A stretch of DNA of 29,997 bases from Candidatus Eiseniibacteriota bacterium (GCA_043819135.1 JBDRFG010000079.1:1-29997), one strand, 5' to 3'; counted from the stretch's first letter, positions 1-8,046 are shown. Translations and numbers: made by a program. The notes: generated by a model not told the origin, from the sequence alone.

Positions 1-140
1 CATGGGTGATGCTTCCTTCCAGGGCATCCTGGCACCTCCTTCCTTGGGCGGAATGGTAGTGCCTAGATTATCCCAGTTAGGTATGGAAGTGTCACCCATG
101 TACCCGGACCGAAGTGTTACCCATGTACCCGGATCATACC
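1..140 (-). mobile_element. IS481-family insertion sequence, left end and transposase start (continues beyond window)
   Basis: Minus-strand ATG at 27 reads MPWKEASPM, a typical IS481-family N-terminus, with AGGAGG RBS at 40-35. Two 23-bp direct repeats GAAGTGTYACCCATGTACCCGGA (86-108, 111-133) resemble transposase-binding repeats at IS481 ends. The end reads GGTATG rather than the canonical TGT, so the exact boundary is uncertain. Confidence 0.75.
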
Positions 141-148
141 AGCGGGCA

Positions 149-270
149 ACCTAACTACCGTATGCAGCCGCCGAGCTTGGCTGTCACGTCGACTGCACCG
201 CGGGCTTGCGCCCGCGACGCACCCGCCGCGCCAGCCTTGACGCTCGCGGGTTATACGCGGTCCGTTAGGC
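149..270 (+). repeat. attC site 1
   Basis: ACCTAAC (149-155), TATGCAGCCG ... GGGTTATACGCGGTCC, GTTAGGC (264-270). Confidence 0.9.
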
Positions 271-349
271 GGCCTGGACTCGATGACAGGAAGCTCGAAC
301 GCTGTGGGCTAGATGACAAGTGCCTCACTAGGTGCACAGGGAGGTAGGT

Positions 350-835
350 ATGTTGAGTAGACTGCGGTCATGCGGCGGCGTTCTGCTCGTCCTGTTTGTT
401 GCGGCCGTCGCCAACTCTGGTGTCGTGGCCCAGGGGACGCAGGAACTGATGGGCTCCTACGACTCGGACTACTCAGCGACGATCTGGTCACCGCTTGTCT
501 TGGCCCTTGCACATCTGCCCGCATCCGATCGCTACTTCCCGTACGCCGGGGTTGGCTTCGGCTGGTCCTTCTTCTCTGACTCCGAAGGAACTGAGTCGGA
601 GAGTACGACGGTACTGCCCATCGTGTGCGGTGGGAGCAAGATCCTCGTGACCGAGAGGGCTGCGGTGAACATCGAGGTCTACTACATGCATCAGGAGAAC
701 GCCCTGTACATCGAGGACCTGGATGCCAGCCAGTTTGGAATCACGGTGGGTCTGAGTTTCCTGCTCGGCTCTCAGGCATCATCGGAGCCGCGTGAGACGC
801 TGTGGGAGAAGACTGAGAGAGAGCTTGCGGACTAG
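350..835 (+). CDS. Outer-membrane beta-barrel domain protein (cassette gene)
   Basis: GGAGG before ATG350; signal peptide; PYAGVGFGWS strand; C-terminal FGITVGLSFLL beta-signal-like strand. May be internally shortened. Confidence 0.65.
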   Translation: MLSRLRSCGGVLLVLFVAAVANSGVVAQGTQELMGSYDSDYSATIWSPLVLALAHLPASDRYFPYAGVGFGWSFFSDSEGTESESTTVLPIVCGGSKILVTERAAVNIEVYYMHQENALYIEDLDASQFGITVGLSFLLGSQASSEPRETLWEKTERELAD

Positions 836-880
836 GGGCGGTCGCATGTGGGGCAGCGAACGCGTCGCCGGTGGCAGGCC

Positions 881-1008
881 GCCTAACGAGCGTATGCACC
901 CGACGAGCTTGGGTGTCACGGCGTCTGCAAGGGGGGCTGCCGCTTCGCGTCAGCCAGCACACCCCGCGCCAGCCTTGACGCTCGCGGCTGATACGCGGTC
1001 CGTTAGGC
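881..1008 (+). repeat. attC site 2
   Basis: GCCTAAC (881-887) ... GCGGCTGATACGCGGTCC GTTAGGC (1002-1008). Confidence 0.92.
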
Positions 1009-1046
1009 AACACGGATGACGGGGATGATGAAACGATCTTTCTTTG

Positions 1047-1137
1047 GGCGAGTTCTCTTCCAGGAGGATGCTGGGCTTCGTAGGAGTGCGTCCTTCCTTG
1101 ACTAGACGAGATCCTCGACGTCCCGCACTATCTCATG
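1047..1137 (+). pseudogene. Degenerate fragment of a membrane-protein gene (copy 1 of a ~90-bp diverged direct repeat)
   Basis: Aligns with 2019-2110. Frameshifted reading gives ...GFVGV.../L[P]*LDEILDVPHYLM. Confidence 0.5.
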
Positions 1138-1154
1138 TTCAAAGGTTGGTTTCA

Positions 1155-2027
1155 GTGAACAAGAGCAGCAGCGTCATCTGTCAACCTTGTCCAGCGTGCG
1201 AGGAAACGCGTCCTGAATCGTTCAGGGTGTGGTTCGATGGTTACGTCAAGCTCTATAGGTGTCTGAAGTGTGGCTTCGTGTCGCAGTTCCCTGGGCCCGG
1301 CGTGTGCACTGTCGTGACAGACTATGAAAATACCTGTTCGTTAGACTTCGTGAACCGGGGACTGGAGTTCCTGCATCCCGCGAGAACGCGTGTCCTGCAA
1401 GACATCGTTGCTCGCATAACCAAGGCCAAGTCCAGTGGGCGCCTTCTGGATGTCGGTTGCGGAGATGGGCACTTCCTGTGCTTATGCTCAGAGAAGGGCT
1501 TCATGTGCTATGGAGCGGAGAGTGGCAGGCGGCTCTCCGCATATGCAGCGTCAAAGAGTGGAGCACAAGTCACATGCGGAGCATACAGCAAAGGCATGTT
1601 CCCAGAGCACCATTTCGACGTCATCACCCTCCTCCAGGTGCTTGAGCATATGCCAACGCCTATCGCCGCCCTCGAAGCAGCACGCTACCACTTGCGGCCT
1701 GAAGGGATCTTGGTAATTGAAGTGCCATCTGTTCATTCGCCGCACTTCCTTGCGTACCGATGGACAAGAATCAAGCGATTCGTCAAACCTCCGTATGGGG
1801 TCATCTATTCACACTGCGGGTACTACTCTCCACGATCACTCACGACTCTGACAGACAGGTGTGGCTTCACCAAACTGTCTCTCGTTACGGGCCGCTGGCA
1901 GTACAAGTACTCGGGCTTCTTGAGGCAGGTAGGCAGAGCCATTGATCCATTGCTGAACATGTCAGGAATCGGCGGAATCCTGCTGATCGCACAGCCGCGA
2001 GTGACGTGCGGGTCATTAGGCGAGTGA
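1155..2027 (+). CDS. Class I SAM-dependent methyltransferase with N-terminal Cys4 zinc ribbon
   Basis: CPAC...CLKC; LLDVGCGDG motif I; FDVITLLQVLEH; LRPEGILVIEVP. Start is uncertain (GTG1155; ORF track uses 1044). Confidence 0.85.
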   Translation: MNKSSSVICQPCPACEETRPESFRVWFDGYVKLYRCLKCGFVSQFPGPGVCTVVTDYENTCSLDFVNRGLEFLHPARTRVLQDIVARITKAKSSGRLLDVGCGDGHFLCLCSEKGFMCYGAESGRRLSAYAASKSGAQVTCGAYSKGMFPEHHFDVITLLQVLEHMPTPIAALEAARYHLRPEGILVIEVPSVHSPHFLAYRWTRIKRFVKPPYGVIYSHCGYYSPRSLTTLTDRCGFTKLSLVTGRWQYKYSGFLRQVGRAIDPLLNMSGIGGILLIAQPRVTCGSLGE

Positions 2028-2110
2028 TTTTCTACGACGCTTCTGGTTTCGTAGCAGTGAGCCTCCTTCTTTGGCTGGACGAGATCCTTGAAGTCCCGCA
2101 CTATCTAATG
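2019..2110 (+). pseudogene. Fragment of a membrane-protein gene (copy 2 of the diverged repeat)
   Basis: Reads RRVIFYDASGFVAVSLLLWLDEILEVPHYLM and is cut off by the IS110 remnant. Confidence 0.5.
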
Positions 2111-2111
2111 G

Positions 2112-2402
2112 GAGCGCTTTGGCGTCAGCGCTATCGGTCTTGTTGCCGGTGACGTATGGTCTGACGCGATGTGGTGGCAGCAGGACGACGCGGTGTCCGA
2201 TGCTGCTTAGGGATCGTGCCCAGTGGTGTGCTGATCCGCATGCTTCGAGGAGCGCCGTGCCAGGCTTCTGTTGTGCGAAGAAGTTGAGGAAGCGTTCACG
2301 TGAGAGCCTGTGTCGCTCACGGACATGACCGGGGTGGTTGGAGACGGCGATCTCGAAGACGGACTTGGCGAGGTCGACGGCGTAGGTGGTATTGTGGTTC
2401 AT
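2112..2402 (-). pseudogene. IS110-family DEDD transposase, N-terminal ~97 aa only
   Basis: AVDLAKSVF, LLEACGSAHHWAR, LLPPHRVRPYV, NKTDSADAKAL are IS110 RuvC-like motifs. Homology ends at ~2112 and the C-terminal domain is absent. Confidence 0.88.
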
Positions 2403-2489
2403 TGGACTCCTCCTTCCTGATGGCACTCTGATGCCGGACGCGGCGTGGTACGATGATGCCTCTTGCCGCGGGAGGAGTCCATTTCATCA
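2112..2489 (-). mobile_element. Truncated IS110-family (IS1111-type, attC-targeting) element
   Basis: Subterminal IR (minus strand ATGGACTCCTCC, 2482-2471) lies 7 bp from the junction with attC L'' TATGCAGCCG (2490). An internal inverted copy at 2403-2413 overlaps the RBS. The transposase follows. Confidence 0.85.
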
Positions 2490-2599
2490 TATGCAGCCGA
2501 CGAGCTTGGCTGTCACGTCGGACTGCACCGCGGGCTGTCGCCCACGACGCACCCGCCGCGCCACCCTGACGCTCGCGGGTTATACGCGGTTCGTTATGC
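2490..2599 (+). repeat. attC site 3, interrupted (R'' lost at the IS insertion)
   Basis: Near-identical to attC1 from TATGCAGCCG to GTTATGC (2593-2599). Confidence 0.88.
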
Positions 2600-2637
2600 C
2601 GCCTGAGGCTGAACTAGGGAATCGGGCCGTTGGAGGT

Positions 2638-3120
2638 ATGGTGGCTTACTTCGCAGTGCACTTTCTTCCCGGTCTTGTGGTCGCGGCAGCATTCATCGCC
2701 GTCTTCCTGTTTCTCAAAGCGAGGAAGCCGGACAATACCGCGTACAAGTCCGCCGTCGGCCTTGCGCTCTTGGCAGCATTCCTTCTCTTCTGGGTGAATG
2801 GTGCCGTTGGCATCATCGGGGATGAGGACAACGACGCTAACTTGATGTACGGCGGGGTGCTCGCCGTCGGCCTCATCGGTGCCATCATCGCGCGCTTCGA
2901 GCCACATGGAATGGTACGCGCCATGTTCGCGACGGCGCTCGCTCAGGCGGTGGTCGCAGTAATCGCGCTGGTCGCCGGCTGGGGCTCCGCGGCGCCCATC
3001 TGGCCAAGGGACATCTTGGGCGCAACGGGGATCTTTGTCACGCTGTGGCTCGGATCGACCTGGCTGTTCCGGAGGGCAGCGCGGAAAGTCACGTCCGAAG
3101 GCGCAGAGGCGGAGGGCTGA
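2638..3120 (+). CDS. Integral membrane hypothetical protein (cassette gene)
   Basis: GGAGG-ATG2638; about 5 hydrophobic segments; WVNGAVGIIG...NDANLMY motif. Confidence 0.8.
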   Translation: MVAYFAVHFLPGLVVAAAFIAVFLFLKARKPDNTAYKSAVGLALLAAFLLFWVNGAVGIIGDEDNDANLMYGGVLAVGLIGAIIARFEPHGMVRAMFATALAQAVVAVIALVAGWGSAAPIWPRDILGATGIFVTLWLGSTWLFRRAARKVTSEGAEAEG

Positions 3121-3273
3121 CCCGCGCGGCGGCGATCGAATCAGAAGCCCCGGACATGGGCCGATTCCTGGGGACGGAGATTGAAGCTCAGGGTTTTGCC
3201 GCCTTCCGTGCGCGAAGCTCCGTCTTACGCGCGCAGGACCGGACCTCAAAGTGAATGAACGGAGCGAGCGACG

Positions 3274-3399
3274 GCATAACTAGCGTATGCACCCGACGAG
3301 CTTGTCTGTCACGTGGTCTGCAAGGGGGGCTCTGCTTCGCGTTGCCAGCACACCCCGCGCCACGCTTGACGCTCGCGGCTGATACGCGGTCCGTTAGGC
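3274..3399 (+). repeat. attC site 4
   Basis: GCATAAC (3274-3280, complement of GTTATGC at 2593) ... GTTAGGC (3393-3399). Confidence 0.92.
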
Positions 3400-3420
3400 G
3401 CCGCAGCAGATAGTGATTCG

Positions 3421-4512
3421 ATGGGCGATGAGGGGAGAGTGGTGAGCAATCGGCACTGTGAACTGAGTGAATTGGGCTGGAACGACTGGTTCGAGCGAAG
3501 GGCAGAATGCGGACCAACGGATACCGTCGCCCGCATTGCTGCAGTCGATCGTAATCAGTTGTTAGTCGTGGATCAGACCGGCCCCTTCCGGGCGAAGCTG
3601 GCCGGCAGCTATCTGTACCACAACCACCTGTCCCACGAACTGCCGTGCGTGGGCGACTGGGTTTGCGTAGAGAAGCAACCAGGCGACGGCTTCGGCGTGG
3701 TTCACGCGCTCCTGGAGCGCAGGACTTCGCTGCGCAGGAAGTCGCCGGGGAACGTCAGCGAATATCAGATGATAGCGGCGAACGTGGACCACGTCGTCAT
3801 CGTGCAGTCATGCCACTTCGATTTCAACCTGAAGCGGTTGGAGCGCTATCTCGTAATGGTGTTGGACGGTGGGGCCGAGCCTCATATCCTGCTCACCAAG
3901 ACGGACTTGGTGGATCCCGCTGTTCTGACCGCGCAGTTGGCGGAGATACGTTCTGCTGGAGTCACGGCACCGATAGCGACGCTGAGCAATGTAACGCAGG
4001 ACGGCGTGGATGACTTCAAGCGGTTGTTGGTCCCGGGGAAGACCTACTGCTTCGTCGGGTCGTCAGGCGTTGGGAAGAGCACGCTGATCAACCATTTGGT
4101 CGGCCATGAGATGCTGGAAACCAAGGCTGTCAGTGGAACTGGTGAGGGGCGGCACACAACTGTCCGTCGCGAGTTGATCCGTCTTGAGGGGGGTGTACTG
4201 GTCATCGACAACCCCGGAATGCGCGAGTTCGGGATTGCCGACGCGGAAGGCGGCATAGGGGGCAGCTACTCTGATATCATCGCCCTCTCATCCAACTGCC
4301 GTTATCGAGACTGCAGCCACACGTGCGAGCCAGGTTGTGCTGTGCTCGATGCCGTGCAATCCGGCGAGATCATCCGGGAGCACTTCGAGAACTACCTGAA
4401 GCTCAAGAAGGAGTCCGAGTTCTACGGGATGTCCCATGCCGAAAGGCGGAAGAAGGACCGGGACTTCGGTAGATACATCAAGTCGGCAAAAAGGGACTTG
4501 AAGGATGACTAG
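3421..4512 (+). CDS. rsgA: Ribosome small subunit-dependent GTPase A
   Basis: Circularly permuted GTPase motifs TKTD, GSSGVGKST, GRHTT, DNPG; C-terminal CRYRDCSHTCEPGC zinc finger; VGDWV OB-fold motif. Start may be GTG3442. Confidence 0.95.
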   Translation: MGDEGRVVSNRHCELSELGWNDWFERRAECGPTDTVARIAAVDRNQLLVVDQTGPFRAKLAGSYLYHNHLSHELPCVGDWVCVEKQPGDGFGVVHALLERRTSLRRKSPGNVSEYQMIAANVDHVVIVQSCHFDFNLKRLERYLVMVLDGGAEPHILLTKTDLVDPAVLTAQLAEIRSAGVTAPIATLSNVTQDGVDDFKRLLVPGKTYCFVGSSGVGKSTLINHLVGHEMLETKAVSGTGEGRHTTVRRELIRLEGGVLVIDNPGMREFGIADAEGGIGGSYSDIIALSSNCRYRDCSHTCEPGCAVLDAVQSGEIIREHFENYLKLKKESEFYGMSHAERRKKDRDFGRYIKSAKRDLKDD

Positions 4513-4527
4513 TGTGTTCGCTGCGGC

Positions 4528-4631
4528 GCCTAACTAGCATATGCACCCGACAAGCTTGGCTGTCACGCCGGCTGCATTCGCACCCGCCGCGCCAGCCTTA
4601 ACGCTCGCGGCTGATACGCGGTCCGTTAGGC
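4528..4631 (+). repeat. attC site 5 (shortened terminal loop)
   Basis: GCCTAAC (4528-4534) ... GTTAGGC (4625-4631). Confidence 0.9.
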
Positions 4632-4670
4632 AGGGCACGTCAAGATTGTCCAGAAGGGAGGCTCGTTTCC

Positions 4671-5696
4671 ATGCTCATCTGCAGGCTGGCAGCAATTGTC
4701 ACTGGTCTTCTTCTCGTCACTTGCGTGTTGCACGCGGCGGTGATTGAGGTTCCCGGTGACCACCCGACGATACAGGAGGGCGTGAACGCAGCGGCCGAAG
4801 GGGATACCGTGCTCGTCGACCACGGCACCTACGCAGGGCCGCTGAATCGCTCAATCTCCTTCCTTGGAATTAACAGATGCCTCGTTTCCAAAGATGGGGC
4901 AGACAGCACGATCATCGACTGCGAGCAGGCGGACCGCGCTTTCCTGTTTGGGACCGGGGAGACCGAGGCATCCATCGTGGATGGCTTCACAGTCGTGAAT
5001 GGTGGTGGCCGGCCCTTCAATGGAGGGGCCATATACATCTACGGGGCGTCTCCCACGATCAGGAACTGCGTGTTCCGGCAGAACACGGCGGCTGACGCGG
5101 GCGCTGTGCTCTGTCTGTACTCCTCTTCGACGATATCAGACTGCACATTTGTGGACAATTCGGCCAATTCGCAGTTCGGAGGTGCACTTGCTTGCAGTTA
5201 CTCGTCTCCTGTAGTGACGGGCTGCACGTTCTCCGGGAACGCAGCTCCTGCTGGGAGCGCCATCCGGATGTACGACTCGTCTGGCAGCATCAACGATTGC
5301 ACGATCGTCGGCAACTCCACTACCGAGTATGGAGTCATCAGATTCGATATTTCCAGCACGACTGCTATCACGAACACGATCGTGGCGTTCAACACGCACG
5401 GGATTCCGATCCACTGTGCCGGCGGGTCCGTTCCCACGACCACTCACTGCGTCGTCTTCGGGAATGCCGAGGGCGACAGCCTGTCCGGGAGTTACCACGA
5501 CAATCTCTTTGTGGATCCGCTGCTGTGCGACATGTACGGAGGGAATTTCTCTCTCTGTGCGGATTCACCATGCTTGCCTGGCAGTCTCGGGAATCCCTGG
5601 GGTGAGCTCGTGGGAGCCTGCGATCAGGGCTGCGCCGAGTGCGGCAGCGCAGTGGAGCAAACCACGTGGGGTGTCATGAAGGGCATGTATCGATAG
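4671..5696 (+). CDS. Secreted right-handed beta-helix (pectin lyase-like/Pmp-like repeat) protein
   Basis: Signal peptide; VPGDHPTIQEGV; GGAI and FxxN repeats; DSPCLP; C-terminal VEQTTWGVMKGMYR. Confidence 0.85.
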   Translation: MLICRLAAIVTGLLLVTCVLHAAVIEVPGDHPTIQEGVNAAAEGDTVLVDHGTYAGPLNRSISFLGINRCLVSKDGADSTIIDCEQADRAFLFGTGETEASIVDGFTVVNGGGRPFNGGAIYIYGASPTIRNCVFRQNTAADAGAVLCLYSSSTISDCTFVDNSANSQFGGALACSYSSPVVTGCTFSGNAAPAGSAIRMYDSSGSINDCTIVGNSTTEYGVIRFDISSTTAITNTIVAFNTHGIPIHCAGGSVPTTTHCVVFGNAEGDSLSGSYHDNLFVDPLLCDMYGGNFSLCADSPCLPGSLGNPWGELVGACDQGCAECGSAVEQTTWGVMKGMYR

Positions 5697-5711
5697 CCTC
5701 GAAACGTGCCT

Positions 5712-5731
5712 TCCTAACTAGCGTATGCAGC
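5712..5731 (+). repeat. attC site 6, left remnant only
   Basis: TCCTAAC TAGCG TATGCAGC, then abrupt loss of homology. Confidence 0.8.
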
Positions 5732-5762
5732 AGCCCCTGAGATAGCCAATGAGGCCAATCAG

Positions 5763-6482
5763 ATGACTGAGGCACTGCTGTTCTCGTTGCTAGCCGGGCT
5801 TGCCATGGTCGTGGGTGGCTTGGTGGCCGCGCTGGAGCATATCCGGCCGGACTGGCTTGAACGGGAGTTCCGCCACACCGTGATTGCTTTCGGTGGCGGA
5901 GCCCTCCTGGCGGCGGTCGCGCTTGTCATGGTGCCCGATGGTGTGCGGAATCTCTCGGTGGCCGGGACATCAGGGGCCTTTCTGGTCGGGGCGGGTTTCT
6001 TTCTCCTGGCAGATTGGATGGTGGCGAGGCGTGGTGGATCCGCAGCACAACTCATGGCGATGTTGCTCGATTTCGTGCCCGAAGCGATCGCTCTGGGCGC
6101 AGCCTTCGCGTTGGCGTCTCCAGCTGGTCCGCTGTTGGCGTTTCTCATCGGTCTCCAGAATCTCCCGGAGGGATTCAACGCGTATCGCGAAATGACAGCT
6201 CGTGGTTCTCTGACGCGCCGTCGCGTCCTGACGTCATTTGGGTTCTTGAGCCTGCTGGGTCCGGCAGCGGCGTGGGTTGGCATTGTTGCTCTTGCCGATC
6301 GTCCTGTTCAGCTGGCTCGCTTGATGATGTTCTGTGCCGGTGGGATACTGTATCTGACATTCCAGGATATCGCGCCGCAGGCGAAGCTCGAGCACCACTG
6401 GGGACCCGCGCTTGGAGCTGTTGTCGGTTTCCTCTTGGGTCTCGTGGGGCAAATGCTGTTGGTTGGCAAGGGCGGCGTCTAA
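5763..6482 (+). CDS. ZIP/ZupT-family divalent metal transporter
   Basis: AFGGGALL, LLDFVPEAIALG, IGLQNLPEGF, AGGILYL motifs. The TAA stop lies within the attC inverse core. Confidence 0.85.
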   Translation: MTEALLFSLLAGLAMVVGGLVAALEHIRPDWLEREFRHTVIAFGGGALLAAVALVMVPDGVRNLSVAGTSGAFLVGAGFFLLADWMVARRGGSAAQLMAMLLDFVPEAIALGAAFALASPAGPLLAFLIGLQNLPEGFNAYREMTARGSLTRRRVLTSFGFLSLLGPAAAWVGIVALADRPVQLARLMMFCAGGILYLTFQDIAPQAKLEHHWGPALGAVVGFLLGLVGQMLLVGKGGV

Positions 6483-6588
6483 CCAGCGTATGCGGCCGAC
6501 GTCACGGCGCTGTCACTCACGTTGCACTCGCCTTCGGTGGCAGCGCTCGCGCCAGCACCGGCCGCGGCTGATACGCGGTCCGTTAGAC
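6477..6588 (+). repeat. attC site 7 (divergent internal sequence)
   Basis: GTCTAAC (6477-6483) CAGCGTATGCGGCCG ... GCGGCTGATACGCGGTCC GTTAGAC (6582-6588). Confidence 0.88.
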
Positions 6589-6637
6589 AGGCAGACGTAT
6601 CGCCTTGACAGTGCTGATACTGGAGGAGGGTACTGTG

Positions 6638-7270
6638 ATGCGACTAGTGGTGGCTTCCGTGATTTGACTCGTCCTTGCCTGCAGGCGACGGCGACCGAGA
6701 CGCGCCTTACCACGAGTTCCTCGGACGACAGGTCGCCGGCGTGGGCACCCGACGGCACTCTCATTGCGTTCTCGTCGGACCGCGCAGGAGGGGAGCCAGA
6801 CGTATGGGAGATGCACGCGGGGGGGGGAGCCCTACTGGGTCCACCCTCTGACCACACATCCCGCAAGCGACGAGATGGGTTCGTGGTCCCCGGAGGGCGG
6901 TGTGATCTACTTCACCAGCGACAGGTCCGGCGGAAGTTGCATCTGGAGGATGGGATCCTCGGGAGAGTCGTACGGGGTCTGGCAGGTCACGTTCTCCGGA
7001 CTCGATTCCTCTCCGGTGTGCTCTCCGGACGGAAGCCGTGTGGCGTTTGCCAGAGCCGGAGCCGGCATCTTCGTCGTTGATGTGGCGGACGGACACGAGA
7101 GCCAGGTGACTGAGGGGACATCCGATGGCAGTCCCACATGGTCGCCCGACGGTCAGTGCATAGCCTTTGAGAGACTCGCCGGTGGCTGGGACATTTGGGT
7201 CACGGACAGCACCGGTGGTACTCCAGTCGAGCAGTCGTCGTGGGGGGTCATCAAGGCGTTGTTAAGGTGA
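6638..7270 (+). pseudogene. TolB-like/PD40 beta-propeller protein, disrupted
   Basis: GGAGG-ATG6638; TGA at 6665; frame change near 6679; +1 frameshift in a G9 run (6819-6827). Repeats SPAWAPDG, SWSPEG, SPTWSPDG. Ends VEQSSWGVIKALLR. Confidence 0.8.
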
Positions 7271-7284
7271 CGTGAGATCCCTGC

Positions 7285-7374
7285 GTCTGAACGACCGGGG
7301 GGCTTCCGCTTCGCGTCAGCCAGCACACCCCGCGCCACCCTTGACGCTCGCGGCTGATACGCGGTCCGTTAGCC
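7285..7374 (+). repeat. attC site 8, left arm deleted
   Basis: Possible degenerate R'' GTCTGAAC (7285-7292). The right half closely matches attC2 and ends GTTAGCC (7368-7374). Confidence 0.8.
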
Positions 7375-7400
7375 TGCTCGGAGAGAAAGAAGGCAAGGCA

Positions 7401-7643
7401 TTGAGGGCGAAGTCGGAACGCGAGGTACGAAACTACGCTTGTCCGCTGCTGGGCAAGCCGGTTGTGGTTTCATACCTGTTCGAGCAGGCTGACTTTGGTC
7501 GTGGTGCCCCACGAGGTGTACACTGTGCAGGTGCCCGGGAGTGCGGCGTGGAGCGCATCAGCCAGGGTGGAGGTAGCGAGTTCGATTGGACTGTTTGTCC
7601 GCTTCGGCCGGATCTTGTTCGTAAGGGGTTCCTGCCAGCCTGA
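7401..7643 (+). CDS. Small four-cysteine hypothetical protein
   Basis: TTG7401 after a purine-rich tract; CP...C-x5-C...CP pattern; first ORF after the attC8 core. Confidence 0.6.
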   Translation: MRAKSEREVRNYACPLLGKPVVVSYLFEQADFGRGAPRGVHCAGARECGVERISQGGGSEFDWTVCPLRPDLVRKGFLPA

Positions 7644-7685
7644 CCAATCGTGTGGCTGTGCTCGCAAAGGGAGGGATTAGAGCGC

Positions 7686-8012
7686 GTGAGTCGTGTACGC
7701 TTCGGGATTGTGGCCGGACTTGTGTTCGGCCTGGTCGATGCCCTGCCGATGTTCGCCATGGACATACCTGATCGTGGTATGGCGATCGCTGCGGCCTTCC
7801 TCAACCGCTCTGCCATCGGTTTCCTGATCCCTAACCTGTCGATCAAGATGCCGGGGTGGTTCCGCGGCGTGCTCGTTGGCTTCCTCGTGAGCTTGCCGGA
7901 GGCGATAATCACGCGCGTGTGGGGGCCAATCCTGGGCATCGGTGTGGTGGGTGGTGCGGTCATCGGGATCATCTTGGGGCGTTGGGAGGCTCGCGAAGCA
8001 GCATCCGAGTGA
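7686..8012 (+). CDS. Small 4-TM membrane protein
   Basis: GGAGG upstream of GTG7686; four Gly-rich hydrophobic helices. Confidence 0.75.
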   Translation: MSRVRFGIVAGLVFGLVDALPMFAMDIPDRGMAIAAAFLNRSAIGFLIPNLSIKMPGWFRGVLVGFLVSLPEAIITRVWGPILGIGVVGGAVIGIILGRWEAREAASE

Positions 8013-8046
8013 GCCAGCACCTCTGGAGGGGGCTAGATTGCGAGCA

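Noticed and set aside
86..133. 23-bp direct repeat pair as mini-CRISPR, iterons or attI direct repeats
   Set aside because: There are only two copies, 2 bp apart, just upstream of an IS481-type transposase start; an IS end explains them better.
114..347. ORFs with recurring 'PTSLAVT...PALTLAADTRSVR' peptides (also at 792, 4541, 7272, 8060) as a repeat protein family
   Set aside because: They are translations of the attC sites.
1025..1033. ATGATGAAA matching the IS1111 left-end sequence
   Set aside because: A 9-bp match with no adjacent IR; it fits better as the start of the degenerate cassette gene.
2386..2637. N-terminal extension of the 2386..3120 ORF
   Set aside because: It runs through the IS leader and attC3; the RBS-supported start is ATG2638.
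6605..6636. TTGACA as a cassette-internal sigma70 promoter
   Set aside because: No acceptable -10 at 16-18 bp spacing; TACTGT is 20 bp away and abuts the start codon.
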